From the NCBI GenBank assembly GCA_902558705.1, contig CACEEW010000002.1, positions 12,547-76,546 of the forward strand: a DNA stretch of 64,000 nt, written 5' to 3'. The position numbers were made by a program, and so were the translations under genes. Under the pieces are notes generated by a model that was not told the DNA's origin, ran no database searches, and saw only the letters and a program-made list of their open reading frames with translations. This document shows, one piece after another, positions 22,833-33,130 of the stretch; positions within the stretch are counted from its first letter, which is position 1; each line of letters starts with the position of its first letter. This stretch comes from an uncultured Pelagibacteraceae bacterium. Its GTDB lineage: Bacteria > Pseudomonadota > Alphaproteobacteria > Pelagibacterales > Pelagibacteraceae.

Positions 22833-23648
22833 ATGATTAAACAAGCAATTATTCCGTTAGCCGGTCTAGGTACAAGATTATTACCACTTACAAGTGTTTT
22901 TGCTAAAGAACTTTTACCAATGAATGGTAAGCCTGGAATTGAATATATAATAGAGGAATGTATTGATGCAGGAATTAAAGAAATCGTTTTTATAATTTCC
23001 AAAAAAAAAGAAATGATTAAGGATTATTTTTATAAAGATAAATTTTACCAGAATATTATTAAGAAAAAAAAAGATCCACGTATTTTAAATGAATATAAAA
23101 AGATTCTTAAATATAGAAAGATGATCAAATTTGTTTATCAAAATAAACCACTAGGCACAGGAGATGCTGTTTTAAGGACAAGAAAATATATTAAGGATAA
23201 ATTTTTTCTAATGCTTTTACCAGATGATCTTATTATAAAAAAAAATTGTTCAAAATCTATGATAAAAGTTCATAATCGGTATAAATCATCTGTAATGGCT
23301 AGCATGAACGTAAGTAAAAAAACTGTTTCAAGATGGGGAATTTTTAAAACAAAAAAAAAACTTAACAAAAAGAATTTTTTGATAGATGCTGTTATAGAAA
23401 AACCCTCTATTAAAGAAGCACCATCAAATAAAGCAGTAATCGGTAGATATATACTTCCTAAAAAAATTTTTTTAAAACTTAAAGGTCAAAAAAAAGGCAA
23501 AGGGGGAGAAATTCATATTACCGATACTATTCAGTCTTTAATAAATGAGAAAGAAAAATTTATTGGGCATAGTTTTAGTGGAAAATATTTAGATTGTGGA
23601 ACAATGAAAGGTTATATTAACTCATCAAAAGAAATTTCTAAATTATGA
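22833..23648 (+). CDS. galU: UTP--glucose-1-phosphate uridylyltransferase
   Basis: AIIPLAGLGTRLLP, KELLP, Q..PLGTGDAV, LPDD, IEKP, GRYIL; coupled to ugd. Confidence 0.88.
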   Translation: MIKQAIIPLAGLGTRLLPLTSVFAKELLPMNGKPGIEYIIEECIDAGIKEIVFIISKKKEMIKDYFYKDKFYQNIIKKKKDPRILNEYKKILKYRKMIKFVYQNKPLGTGDAVLRTRKYIKDKFFLMLLPDDLIIKKNCSKSMIKVHNRYKSSVMASMNVSKKTVSRWGIFKTKKKLNKKNFLIDAVIEKPSIKEAPSNKAVIGRYILPKKIFLKLKGQKKGKGGEIHITDTIQSLINEKEKFIGHSFSGKYLDCGTMKGYINSSKEISKL

Positions 23649-24943
23649 AGCTTTGCATGATAGGAACAGGATACGTAGGTCTTGTTAGTGGAGTGTGTTT
23701 TTCAGATTTAGGCAATGATGTAATTTGTGTTGATAAAGATTTAGATAAAATTCAATTACTTCAAAACGGAAAAGTTCCTATTTATGAACCTGGATTATCA
23801 GAACTTGTTATTAAAAATTATAAGAATAAAAGATTAAAGTTTTCTAATGATTTAAAAAAATCAGTAATCGAGTCAGACATTATTTTCATCTGCGTCGGTA
23901 CACCAACTAAAAAAGGAAGTTCATCTGCTGATTTGTCACAAGTATACAATGTTGCTAAAGAAATAAGTAAATCAATTAATAAATATAAAATAATTGTTAC
24001 AAAATCTACAGTTCCACTAACTACTGGTGATGAAATTGAAAAAATTTTGCAAAAAAAAAATAAAAAAAATAAATTTTCTGTAGTATCAAATCCTGAATTT
24101 TTAAGAGAAGGAGAGGCTATAAGAGATTTTACTTATCCAGACAGAATAGTAATTGGGTCAAACGATAAAAGATCAAGTAAACTTATGAAAAGTCTATATA
24201 ATCCTTTAATATCGAAAGGAGCACAATTTTTGCTAACACAGAGAAGAGCTGCTGAATTAATTAAATATGCTTCAAACTCTTTTTTAGCTACAAAAATTAC
24301 TTTTATAAATGAAATAGCAAATTTATGTGAGCAAACTGGCATTAATGTTGAAGATATTTCAATAGGTATTGGTTTAGATAAAAGAATTGGAGGACGTTTT
24401 TTACGAGCAGGCCCAGCTTATGGAGGATCATGTTTTCCTAAAGATACCAAGGCAATAGTCTCAACTGCTGAAAAATTTAAAATTAATTTATCTTTAGTAA
24501 AATCAGTCATTAAATCTAATAAAGATAGATCAAAACTTTTATTAAATCGCATTAATAAGATTTTAAACAAAAAAATAAGGAATAAAAAAATAACCTTTTT
24601 AGGTGTTACTTTTAAGGCTAATACTGATGATATGAGAGACTCATCTAGCTTAGTTATGATACCTTTTTTGTCAAAAAAAGGTGCTTTAATTAAATATTAT
24701 GATCCTACAGGAAGTAAAAAAGAACTTGAAAAAATAAAAAATGTTTCTTACGTGGACTCAATAAAGAAAGCAGTTGAAAGCTCAGATCTCGTAATATTAC
24801 ATACTGAGTGGAATGATTTTAAATCTATAAATTTTAAAAGTTTATCAAAAAGAAAAAAATTCATTATTTATGATATGAGAAATATTTACTCTCCTAATAA
24901 GATTAAAAATCAAGGATTTAAATATTTCAGTATCGGTAGATAA
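23645..24943 (+). CDS. ugd: UDP-glucose 6-dehydrogenase
   Basis: IGTGYVGL, SNPEFLREG, GGSCFPKD, FKANTDDMRDS. Confidence 0.95.
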   Translation: MKLCMIGTGYVGLVSGVCFSDLGNDVICVDKDLDKIQLLQNGKVPIYEPGLSELVIKNYKNKRLKFSNDLKKSVIESDIIFICVGTPTKKGSSSADLSQVYNVAKEISKSINKYKIIVTKSTVPLTTGDEIEKILQKKNKKNKFSVVSNPEFLREGEAIRDFTYPDRIVIGSNDKRSSKLMKSLYNPLISKGAQFLLTQRRAAELIKYASNSFLATKITFINEIANLCEQTGINVEDISIGIGLDKRIGGRFLRAGPAYGGSCFPKDTKAIVSTAEKFKINLSLVKSVIKSNKDRSKLLLNRINKILNKKIRNKKITFLGVTFKANTDDMRDSSSLVMIPFLSKKGALIKYYDPTGSKKELEKIKNVSYVDSIKKAVESSDLVILHTEWNDFKSINFKSLSKRKKFIIYDMRNIYSPNKIKNQGFKYFSIGR

Positions 24944-24948
24944 AAAAA

Positions 24949-25410
24949 TTAATTTAATTCAAATATAGCGTCTACTTCAACAGAAACACCAAGTGGTAAA
25001 CTATTTGTACTTACTGCAGCTCTAGTATGCATTCCAGCTTCTCCAAATATAGATGCTATTAAATCTGAAGCACCATTTATAATTTTTGGTTGGTCTGTAA
25101 AATCTTCAGCTGAATTAACAAATCCGGTTAATTTGATGCAAGATCTAACTTTTGATAAATCATTATTACAAGCTTTTTTAACCTGGGCGACTATACTCAA
25201 TGCACATCTTTTGGCAGCATTATAACCATCATCTGTGCTCAAATCTTTACCTACCTTACCTTTAATTAATTGACCATTTTCATCAATCGATATTTGTCCA
25301 GAAATAAAAAGCATATTTCCTGAAACTTTTGTCGCTACATAATTTCCTACTGGGGCTTTAGCTTCTGGTAGTATAATATTAAGTTCTTTTAATTTTTTTT
25401 CATAATTCAT
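24949..25410 (-). CDS. Rid (YjgF/YER057c/UK114) family protein
   Basis: PVGNYV, ISGQI, KLTGFVNS, NGASDL..IFGE.G.HTRAAV, LPLG..VEVD. Confidence 0.9.
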   Translation of the reverse strand: MNYEKKLKELNIILPEAKAPVGNYVATKVSGNMLFISGQISIDENGQLIKGKVGKDLSTDDGYNAAKRCALSIVAQVKKACNNDLSKVRSCIKLTGFVNSAEDFTDQPKIINGASDLIASIFGEAGMHTRAAVSTNSLPLGVSVEVDAIFELN

Positions 25411-27992
25411 TTTGACTTCCTTTTTTTAGATTTCTTAGTTTTATCGTACTCTTTTCTTTTCTCAATTAATATTAATGCTTCCTCCATAGTTAATTCTGTT
25501 GGATCTTTTTCTTCTGGTATCGTTGCATTTAAAGATTTGTATTTAATATATGGACCATATTGTCCTTTCATTACCCTTACTGGTTTTTTATCCTCAGGGT
25601 GCTCACCTAGATCTTTTATCATTGAGGAAGACATTCTCCCTGGTTTTGCCTCAGCTATTAAAGTAACAGCTCTGTTGAGACCAATTGAAAAAATTTCCTC
25701 AATATTTTCAATTCTAGCAGATTTATTTTCACATTTTAAATAGGGACCAAACCTACCAGTATTTAATGTTATCTCTTTTTGATTATCTGGATTTATTCCA
25801 AGAGATTTTGGTAATGAACATAAAAATTGAGCTCTCTCTAAATCAATATTTTCCAATTCCAAACCTTTAGGGATAGAAACATTTTTTAAAAGTTCATTGA
25901 CCTCTGATTTCAATTTTTTAGATTTTTTCTTTTTTTTTGTATTTTTTTCAATTTCTAATTCATCTAAAATTTTTTCATATTGGAGATAGGGACCAAATCT
26001 TCCATTTTTTAAATATATATCATTTCCATTTTCATGTTTTCCAATAAATTTTGGTTCAGCCAGTTGAGCTTGGGCAGCTGCTTTAGCTTTAGATAATGGT
26101 CTTGTAAATTTACACTCAGGATAATTTGAACAACCAATAAATGCACCACCTCTAAAGCTATTTTTTAAACTAAGTGTTCCAGAATTACATAATTGACATT
26201 TTCTTAAAATATTTCCCTTATCATCTTTATCAAAAACTAAGTCTCCTAGGCTATCATTTAAAAGATCTAAAACCTCTCTTGTTCTTTTTTCTTTTACTTC
26301 TGCAACATTGCTGTTGAAGTCTTTCCAGAATAATTCCAAGACTTTAATCCAACTCTCTTTTCCTGAGGTAATTTCATCAAGTTGGTCCTCTAAACCTGCA
26401 GTAAAATTGTAATCTACATATTTTGAAAATAATTTTTCTAAAAAAGCGGAAATTAATTTTCCTCTATCAGTAGGAAAAAATCTTTTATTTAATATTTCTG
26501 CATATCCTCTATTAGCAATTGTAGAAATAATACTTGCATAGGTAGATGGTCTACCAATACCAAGCTCCTCAAGTTTTTTAACTAAACTAGCTTCAGAATA
26601 CCTTGGTGGTGGCTGTGTAAAGTGTTGTTCGTCTAATAAAGCTTCAATATTGACAGGACCTTTTGACATTGGAGGAAGTATATTTTCATCATCATCTTTA
26701 TTAGAATTATTGTAGATTTTTAAAAATCCATCAAATTTAAGAACTGATCCACTAGCTTTACAGATAGTATCTTCATTATCTGACTTTATAGTAATAGTAT
26801 TTCTATCGAATTTAGCAGACTCCATTTGAGACGATAGAGCTCTACTCCAAATTAAATCATAAAGTTTATTTTGATCTGTACTTAAATATTTTTTAACGCT
26901 CTGAGGAGATCTAATGATATCAGTAGGTCTTATTGCTTCATGAGCTTCCTGAGCATTTTTTGCTTTTTTTCCAGAGTAATTTAAAACGTTTTCAGGTAAA
27001 TATTCATTACCGATTTCTTTTTTAATATAATCTCTGAATGCTGAAACTGCATCTTTAGACAAATTAGTTCCATCAGTTCTCATATAAGTGATTAATCCTA
27101 TTGTTTCGCCTTCTATTTCTATGCCTTGATAAAGTTTTTGAGCAATTTGCATTGTTCTAGATGCTCCAAATCCTAATCTACTTGAAGCTGTTTGTTGCAG
27201 AGTAGAGGTAGTAAAAGGTCCAGAAGGATTTCGATTTATTACTTTGCTAGATATATCATTGATATTGAATTTTTTTTTATTTATATTTGATATAGCTTTA
27301 TTTATTTCATCTTTATTTCTAAAAGAAAATTTTTCGATTTTTTTACCATCTAATTGACTTATACTAGCAGTGATATTTTGCTTTTTTTCATCTCCAAATT
27401 TTATGCTTAAGGTCCAAAACTCTTCAGGTAGAAAAGACTCTATCTCGTGCTCTCTTTCTGTAATCAGTTTTAAAGCTACTGATTGCACTCTTCCAGCTGA
27501 TTTAGAACCTGGTAGTTTTGTCCAAAGTATTGGAGAGATATTAAAACCAACTAAATAATCCAAAGCTCTTCTGGCCATATAAGCATCAACTAATAAAGGC
27601 TCGATTTGTCTTGGATTTTCAATTCCATGTATTACTGCTTTTTTTGTAATCTCATTAAATACAACTCTTTCAATTTCTTTGTCTTTTAAAAGTTTTTTTT
27701 CATTTAAATATTCTTTTACATGCCAGGCAATTGCTTCACCTTCACGATCTGGATCTGTAGCTAGTATAATTTTTGAGGAATCTTTAGCGGCATCAGTAAT
27801 TTCTTTCAAATATTTCTTTGAAAAACTATCTACTTCCCACTCCATTTTAAAATCTTGATCTGGATCTACAGATCCATTTTTAGATGGAAGATCTCTTATA
27901 TGGCCGTAACTAGCTAAAACTTTATATTTATCACCCAAGTATTTATTGATGGTTTTAGCTTTAGCAGGACTTTCTACAATGACCAAATTCAT
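25407..27992 (-). CDS. topA: DNA topoisomerase I
   Basis: VIVESPAKAKTI, ATDPDREGE, SAGRVQS, ITYMRTD, AQEAHEAIRPT; one C4 Zn ribbon plus GRFGPY C-terminal repeats. Confidence 0.99.
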   Translation of the reverse strand: MNLVIVESPAKAKTINKYLGDKYKVLASYGHIRDLPSKNGSVDPDQDFKMEWEVDSFSKKYLKEITDAAKDSSKIILATDPDREGEAIAWHVKEYLNEKKLLKDKEIERVVFNEITKKAVIHGIENPRQIEPLLVDAYMARRALDYLVGFNISPILWTKLPGSKSAGRVQSVALKLITEREHEIESFLPEEFWTLSIKFGDEKKQNITASISQLDGKKIEKFSFRNKDEINKAISNINKKKFNINDISSKVINRNPSGPFTTSTLQQTASSRLGFGASRTMQIAQKLYQGIEIEGETIGLITYMRTDGTNLSKDAVSAFRDYIKKEIGNEYLPENVLNYSGKKAKNAQEAHEAIRPTDIIRSPQSVKKYLSTDQNKLYDLIWSRALSSQMESAKFDRNTITIKSDNEDTICKASGSVLKFDGFLKIYNNSNKDDDENILPPMSKGPVNIEALLDEQHFTQPPPRYSEASLVKKLEELGIGRPSTYASIISTIANRGYAEILNKRFFPTDRGKLISAFLEKLFSKYVDYNFTAGLEDQLDEITSGKESWIKVLELFWKDFNSNVAEVKEKRTREVLDLLNDSLGDLVFDKDDKGNILRKCQLCNSGTLSLKNSFRGGAFIGCSNYPECKFTRPLSKAKAAAQAQLAEPKFIGKHENGNDIYLKNGRFGPYLQYEKILDELEIEKNTKKKKKSKKLKSEVNELLKNVSIPKGLELENIDLERAQFLCSLPKSLGINPDNQKEITLNTGRFGPYLKCENKSARIENIEEIFSIGLNRAVTLIAEAKPGRMSSSMIKDLGEHPEDKKPVRVMKGQYGPYIKYKSLNATIPEEKDPTELTMEEALILIEKRKEYDKTKKSKKRKSK

Positions 27993-27999
27993 AGCCTAC

Positions 28000-28027
28000 A
28001 AACTACCCAAATGACTTCGATAGTCAA
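28000..28027 (-). promoter_or_regulatory. Putative internal topA promoter (leaderless geometry)
   Basis: Minus strand TTGACT (28027-22), 16 nt, TAGTTT (28005-00), ATG 7 nt later; TGACT/AGTCA inverted repeat at 28012-26. Confidence 0.5.
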
Positions 28028-28028
28028 A

Positions 28029-28607
28029 TTAATAAATTTTTGTCTTTGTTTCTTCTTTATTTTTCAATCTTTTGATGTTTTCCCTATGAGTGAAAAATAT
28101 TAAGACAAACATAATTGAAAAAAATAATACCTGATCATATTGAGATAAAAATAAGAAATATATCGGAATTGAGATTGATCCTATTAATGATGATAATGAA
28201 GAAAACTTTGAGATAATAAAAATAAAAAACCAAACGAAAGTAAAAAGTAATCCTAAATAAATATCTATAACAAATAAAATTCCAACATAAGTTGCAACTC
28301 CTTTACCACCGTGAAATTTAAGCCATATAGGAAATACATGTCCAAAAAAAACACAAAGTGATGAAATATATATAAATTCTGGAAAATTAAATTTAACAAA
28401 TAATACCGTAGTAATAGCTTTTAAAATATCTAAAACTAACGTTGAATAACCTAAAATTTTATTGCCTGTTCTTAATGCATTTGTTGCCCCAATATTACCT
28501 GAGCCAATTTCTCTTATGTCTTTTTTTAAAAAAATTTTTGTTAAAATAAATCCAAAAGGAATAGAACCCATTAGATATGAAATCAAACATATTATAATAA
28601 TATCCAT
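28029..28607 (-). CDS. plsY: Glycerol-3-phosphate acyltransferase PlsY
   Basis: YLMGSIPFG, GSGNIGATNALR, GHVFP..F.GGKGVAT, HRENI.RL. Confidence 0.98.
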   Translation of the reverse strand: MDIIIICLISYLMGSIPFGFILTKIFLKKDIREIGSGNIGATNALRTGNKILGYSTLVLDILKAITTVLFVKFNFPEFIYISSLCVFFGHVFPIWLKFHGGKGVATYVGILFVIDIYLGLLFTFVWFFIFIISKFSSLSSLIGSISIPIYFLFLSQYDQVLFFSIMFVLIFFTHRENIKRLKNKEETKTKIY

Positions 28608-28608
28608 A

Positions 28609-29895
28609 TTAAAGTTTAAATAATTCTTTTCCTTTTACAAAAGTATTTGTTACTTTACCTTGAAGTTTTTTATCCTCAATAGAGGTATTTTTAGATTTAG
28701 AAACCAATTTTTCTTTTTTTACAATCCAAGGTTTTTCAATATCAACAATGCATAAATCTGCATCATTTCCAACTGAAAGATTACCTTTATTTATTTTAAG
28801 TATTTTTGCTGGATTACATGTAAGTGCTTTAATTATAGTTTCTAATTTGAGTGACTCATTATGATATAATTCTAAACTTAAAGATAGTAGAGTTTCAATA
28901 CCTGATGCTCCAGTAGCAGCCTGTGAAAAGGTAAGTCTTTTAGACTCCTCATCTTCAGGTTTATGATCTGAAACAATTACATCAATTAAATTATCTTTTA
29001 ATCCTTGAACTAGTGCAATCCTGTCTTCTTCTCTTCTAAGAGGAGGGGAGAGTTTTAAAAAAGTTTTGAAATCACCAATGTCGTTTTCATTTAATGAAAG
29101 ATTATTTATTGAAACCCCCGAAGTAAATTTTACCATTTCTTTTCTATACTTTATTACTTCAAGAGACTTTTGTGATGAAATTTGAGATATATGATACCTA
29201 CATTTAACTTTTTCTAATAATGTTAAATCTCTTTCTATTAAAATTCTTTCTGCTATTTCAGGTATGCCAGACAAACCAAGTTTAGTCGCAATTATTCCAG
29301 AATTAATCATTCCATTTTTTGCAAGCTCATAATCTTCAGCATGTTGCATAATTAAGCAGCCAATATCTTTTGCTGAGTTCATTATTCTTGACATTAATCT
29401 TGGATTTTGGATTGTCTTAACACCATCAGTAAATGCAATTATTCCCTTACCTTGTAATAGGCCAAACTCAGTCATATTAGTTCCTTCGATATTTTTTGTT
29501 AAAGAAGCACAAGGAAAAATATTTATTTTTGATTTATCTCTTCCTCTTCTCCTTAAAAAATCCACAATTGATACGTTATCTATAACTGGATCAGTATTTG
29601 GCATAGTTACAACAGACGTTACACCCCCAGATAAGGCTGCATTACTAAGAGTTCTAAAGTTTTCTTTATATTCGTAACCTGGTTCTCCAACAAAAACTCT
29701 CATGTCTACTAATCCTGGGAAAATGTATTTGCCTTTTAAATCGATTGGTTTTTCTCTGGTAGGAAGGTTATTAGTATTTACTTTTTTTCCTATAGCTTCA
29801 ATTTTACCATCCTCACTGATTATTAAGCCACCAACTTCATTTATTGAATTGTGAGGATCTAAAATATTAGCATTTATAAAATATTGTTTTTTCAT
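28609..29895 (-). CDS. pyrC: Dihydroorotase-like protein, probably inactive PyrC' partner of ATCase
   Basis: Amidohydrolase fold (GGVT...MPNT.P, PPLR, SDH.P), but DMRVF replaces the DxHxH metal motif; directly downstream of pyrB. Confidence 0.85.
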   Translation of the reverse strand: MKKQYFINANILDPHNSINEVGGLIISEDGKIEAIGKKVNTNNLPTREKPIDLKGKYIFPGLVDMRVFVGEPGYEYKENFRTLSNAALSGGVTSVVTMPNTDPVIDNVSIVDFLRRRGRDKSKINIFPCASLTKNIEGTNMTEFGLLQGKGIIAFTDGVKTIQNPRLMSRIMNSAKDIGCLIMQHAEDYELAKNGMINSGIIATKLGLSGIPEIAERILIERDLTLLEKVKCRYHISQISSQKSLEVIKYRKEMVKFTSGVSINNLSLNENDIGDFKTFLKLSPPLRREEDRIALVQGLKDNLIDVIVSDHKPEDEESKRLTFSQAATGASGIETLLSLSLELYHNESLKLETIIKALTCNPAKILKINKGNLSVGNDADLCIVDIEKPWIVKKEKLVSKSKNTSIEDKKLQGKVTNTFVKGKELFKL

Positions 29896-30837
29896 TTATA
29901 CACAAAACATCTTTAAGCAAGCCATTCTTACAGCGACACCTAGTTCTACTTGCTCTTTAATTACACTTTTATTAATGTCGTCTGCTAATATTGTATCAAT
30001 TTCTATTCCTCTATTCATTGGTCCTGGATGCATTATCAAAGCATCACTTTTAGCAAACTCAAGTTTATCAGGTGTTAGTCCATAATATTCATAATATTCT
30101 CTATTTGATGAAAGAAAAGAACTTGTCATTCTTTCATTTTGTAATCTTAACATCATAACAATATCACAATCCTTTAAACCTTTTTTCATATCAGTGAAAA
30201 CGTTAACTCCAAATTTTTCAATTTCTTTTGGCATTAGATTTGTTGGTGCAATTATATTTACTTCAGCTCCCAACATATTAAGTAAATAAATATTCGATCT
30301 AGCTACTCTTGAATGAAGTATATCGCCACAAATAGCTATCTTTAATCCTTCGATTTTTTTTTTCCGGTTTATAATTGTTAAAGCATCTAACAAAGCTTGA
30401 GTTGGGTGTTCTCTTCTTCCATCTCCTGCATTTAAAACTGCACAATTAACTTTTTGTGAAAGCAAATTACAGGCACCTGAGTCCTGGTGTCTTACCACAA
30501 TTATATCAGGGTGCATTGCATTCAAAGTCATTGCAGTATCAATTAATGTTTCACCTTTCTTAATTGCTGAGTTACTAATGTTCATAGACATTACGTCAGC
30601 CCCTAATCTTTTACCTGCTAATTCAAAAGAGCTTTGAGTTCTTGTAGAAGGTTCAAAAAAGAGATTTATTTGAGTTTTACCTCTTAAAACATCTATTTTT
30701 TTATTTTTACTCTGGTTTACTTTTATAAATGTATGAGCTTCGTCGAGTATTAAATTCACATCATTGATTGATAGATCTTGGATACCTAACAAATGTTTTT
30801 GGGAAATTTTAATAGCTTTATCTGTTTTAATTGCCAT
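29896..30837 (-). CDS. pyrB: Aspartate carbamoyltransferase catalytic subunit
   Basis: [24 protein letters not shown]; ATG at 30837 preferred over TTG at 30846. Confidence 0.98.
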   Translation of the reverse strand: MAIKTDKAIKISQKHLLGIQDLSINDVNLILDEAHTFIKVNQSKNKKIDVLRGKTQINLFFEPSTRTQSSFELAGKRLGADVMSMNISNSAIKKGETLIDTAMTLNAMHPDIIVVRHQDSGACNLLSQKVNCAVLNAGDGRREHPTQALLDALTIINRKKKIEGLKIAICGDILHSRVARSNIYLLNMLGAEVNIIAPTNLMPKEIEKFGVNVFTDMKKGLKDCDIVMMLRLQNERMTSSFLSSNREYYEYYGLTPDKLEFAKSDALIMHPGPMNRGIEIDTILADDINKSVIKEQVELGVAVRMACLKMFCV

Positions 30838-30879
30838 TAAAACCAACTCTATAACTATAAACCTCTATAATAGCAAGCT

Positions 30880-31335
30880 TTAATTGTTTAAAAAATCTAT
30901 AGCACCTTGCAATATAAAAGCAGCAGCATTTTCATCAATTTTTTTTTCTCTTTTACTTACATTTACATCTAATTGACTTGATAAATTAAATGCTCCAACA
31001 GTTGATAATCTTTCATCCCATAAGCAAACTGGGATATCAATATTATTTTCAATATAATTAGTAGTATCTTTGATCGATTGAGAAGATCTACCAGAAGATC
31101 CGTCCATATTTAAGGGATTTCCAACAATGATTCCTTTTATATTATTTTCATTAATTAAATTTTTTATTTCATTTATAAGTTCATCAGCGCTTGATCTAAT
31201 TATTGTTTTAAAAGGTGTAGCAATTAATTGCTTTTCGTCACAAATAGACACACCTATTCTTTTAGACCCAAGATCTAAACCTAATAATCTCGACTTATCT
31301 GACTGTTTTTTTTTGAATTCCTCTAAGGTCATCAT
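30880..31335 (-). CDS. ruvX: YqgF/RuvX pre-16S rRNA maturation nuclease
   Basis: LGLDLGSKRIGVS, VGNPLNMDGS, WDERLST, ID..AAAFILQ. Confidence 0.95.
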   Translation of the reverse strand: MMTLEEFKKKQSDKSRLLGLDLGSKRIGVSICDEKQLIATPFKTIIRSSADELINEIKNLINENNIKGIIVGNPLNMDGSSGRSSQSIKDTTNYIENNIDIPVCLWDERLSTVGAFNLSSQLDVNVSKREKKIDENAAAFILQGAIDFLNN

Positions 31336-31336
31336 A

Positions 31337-31365
31337 TTGTATATTTTAAACTTAAGTGGTAGTTT
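31337..31365 (+). promoter_or_regulatory. Putative gatCAB promoter
   Basis: TTGTAT (31337-42), 17 nt, TAGTTT (31360-65), followed by GCGACA. Confidence 0.45.
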
Positions 31366-31385
31366 GCGACATATTTAAATAGCAT

Positions 31386-31673
31386 ATGAGTATAGATCTT
31401 AAAACAATAAAACATATATCAAAACTATCAAGAGTATCTGTAGATGATCAAAAAGCTGAGAAATTGGCTAATGATTTAAATTCCATTTTTAAATTTATTG
31501 AAAAACTTAACGAACTAAAAACTGATAAAGTTGAACCTCTTACATCTGTAGCTGAAACATCACTAAAATTAAGATCTGATGAAGTAAAAAGTAATAATAT
31601 ACGAGAGCAAATAGTCAAAAATTCTCCTCAAGATAATGAAGACTATTTTGTTGTTCCAAAGGTTATTGAATAA
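31386..31673 (+). CDS. gatC: Asp/Glu-tRNA amidotransferase subunit C
   Basis: 95 aa, HISKLSR, VEPLTSV, YFVVPKVIE; precedes gatA. Confidence 0.96.
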   Translation: MSIDLKTIKHISKLSRVSVDDQKAEKLANDLNSIFKFIEKLNELKTDKVEPLTSVAETSLKLRSDEVKSNNIREQIVKNSPQDNEDYFVVPKVIE

Positions 31674-33130
31674 TGTCAGATATAACAAAGCAATCTCTTT
31701 CAGAATTAGTTAAAAATATAAAAAATAAAAAAGTTTCTTCAGAAGAGATTACAAAAGAATTTGTAAATAGATCTGAAAAATCAAAAGAACTTAATGCTTA
31801 TATTACAGAAGATTATTCATCTGCCTTAGATAAAGCCAAAAAATTTGATCAAAAACCAAATTTAGATCTTAAATTACCTGGCATCCCAATAGCAGTCAAA
31901 GATTTATTCTGTACAAAAGATATTCGAACAACTGCAGGAAGTAAAATCCTACATAACTTTGTGCCAACTTACGAGTCTACTGTAACACAGAATATTTGGA
32001 ATGAAGGGGCTATTCTTCTTGGAAAATTAAATTGTGATGAATTTGCTATGGGCTCTTCGAATGAGACAAGTTTTTTTGGAAATGCACAGAACCCAATTGA
32101 TAAAAATTTAGTTCCTGGCGGTTCCTCTGGCGGTTCTGCATCAGCAGTAGCTGGTCAATTAACTCCAATTACTATCGGCACTGATACAGGTGGTTCTATT
32201 CGACAGCCTGCTTCATTTACTGGAACAGTAGGTTTAAAACCAACATATGGAAGTTGTTCACGTTATGGAATTGTTGCATTCGCTTCATCTTTAGACCAGG
32301 CAGGCCCTATGGCGCAGAATGTAAAAGATTGTGCGTTACTTCAAGAAGTTATTAGCACATATGACCCAAAAGATTCTACTTCAATAAATTTTAAAAGAAA
32401 TGCATATAGTAAAGAATTGACTAATAATATTAAGGGTAAAAAAATTGGAATACCTAAGGAATATAGAGTTGAAGGTATGCCTAAAGAAATTGAAGACCTT
32501 TGGCAAAAAGGAATTAATTATGCTAAAGATTGTGGTGCTGAGATAATTGACATATCACTTCCTCATACTAGTTATGCTTTACCTACTTACTATATTGTAG
32601 CTCCGGCTGAGGCTTCATCTAATTTAGCTAGATATGATGGTGTTAAATATGGATTTAGAGCTAAGGGAGAAAATCTAATAGATATGTACGAAAAAACAAG
32701 GTCAGAAGGTTTTGGCGCTGAAGTTCAAAGAAGAATTATGATTGGAACTTATGTTTTGTCATCAGGTTACTATGATGCGTATTACCTTAAAGCTCAAAAA
32801 GTTAGAAAATTAATTAAAAATGACTTCGATGAAGCATACAAAAAAGTTGATGCAATATTAACTCCTTCAACCCCAAGCGCTGCATTTAAAATTGGTGAAA
32901 AAAAAGATGATCCAGTTTCAATGTATTTAAATGATATTTTTACAGTACCTGTTAATTTGGCAGGTCTCCCTGGTATTTCTATTCCAGCAGGTCACGATTC
33001 TAAAGGTTATCCTTTAGGACTTCAAATAATTGGCAAAGCTTTTGATGAGCAAAACATACTTAATATTGCCTATGCAATGGAAGAAAAAATTGATTTTAAA
33101 AATAAAATTACTGATTGGTGGATAAAATGA
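31673..33130 (+). CDS. gatA: Asp/Glu-tRNA amidotransferase subunit A
   Basis: Amidase signature [29 protein letters not shown]. Confidence 0.99.
   Translation: MSDITKQSLSELVKNIKNKKVSSEEITKEFVNRSEKSKELNAYITEDYSSALDKAKKFDQKPNLDLKLPGIPIAVKDLFCTKDIRTTAGSKILHNFVPTYESTVTQNIWNEGAILLGKLNCDEFAMGSSNETSFFGNAQNPIDKNLVPGGSSGGSASAVAGQLTPITIGTDTGGSIRQPASFTGTVGLKPTYGSCSRYGIVAFASSLDQAGPMAQNVKDCALLQEVISTYDPKDSTSINFKRNAYSKELTNNIKGKKIGIPKEYRVEGMPKEIEDLWQKGINYAKDCGAEIIDISLPHTSYALPTYYIVAPAEASSNLARYDGVKYGFRAKGENLIDMYEKTRSEGFGAEVQRRIMIGTYVLSSGYYDAYYLKAQKVRKLIKNDFDEAYKKVDAILTPSTPSAAFKIGEKKDDPVSMYLNDIFTVPVNLAGLPGISIPAGHDSKGYPLGLQIIGKAFDEQNILNIAYAMEEKIDFKNKITDWWIK

Noticed and set aside
22833-24943. galU-ugd as the start of a polysaccharide or hypervariable island
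   Set aside because: Only two housekeeping nucleotide-sugar genes, flanked by core genes, with no glycosyltransferases or export genes.
25430-26050. Repeated GRFGPY/GQYGPY segments in the TopA C-terminus
   Set aside because: Standard Topo I C-terminal repeats of alphaproteobacterial TopA.
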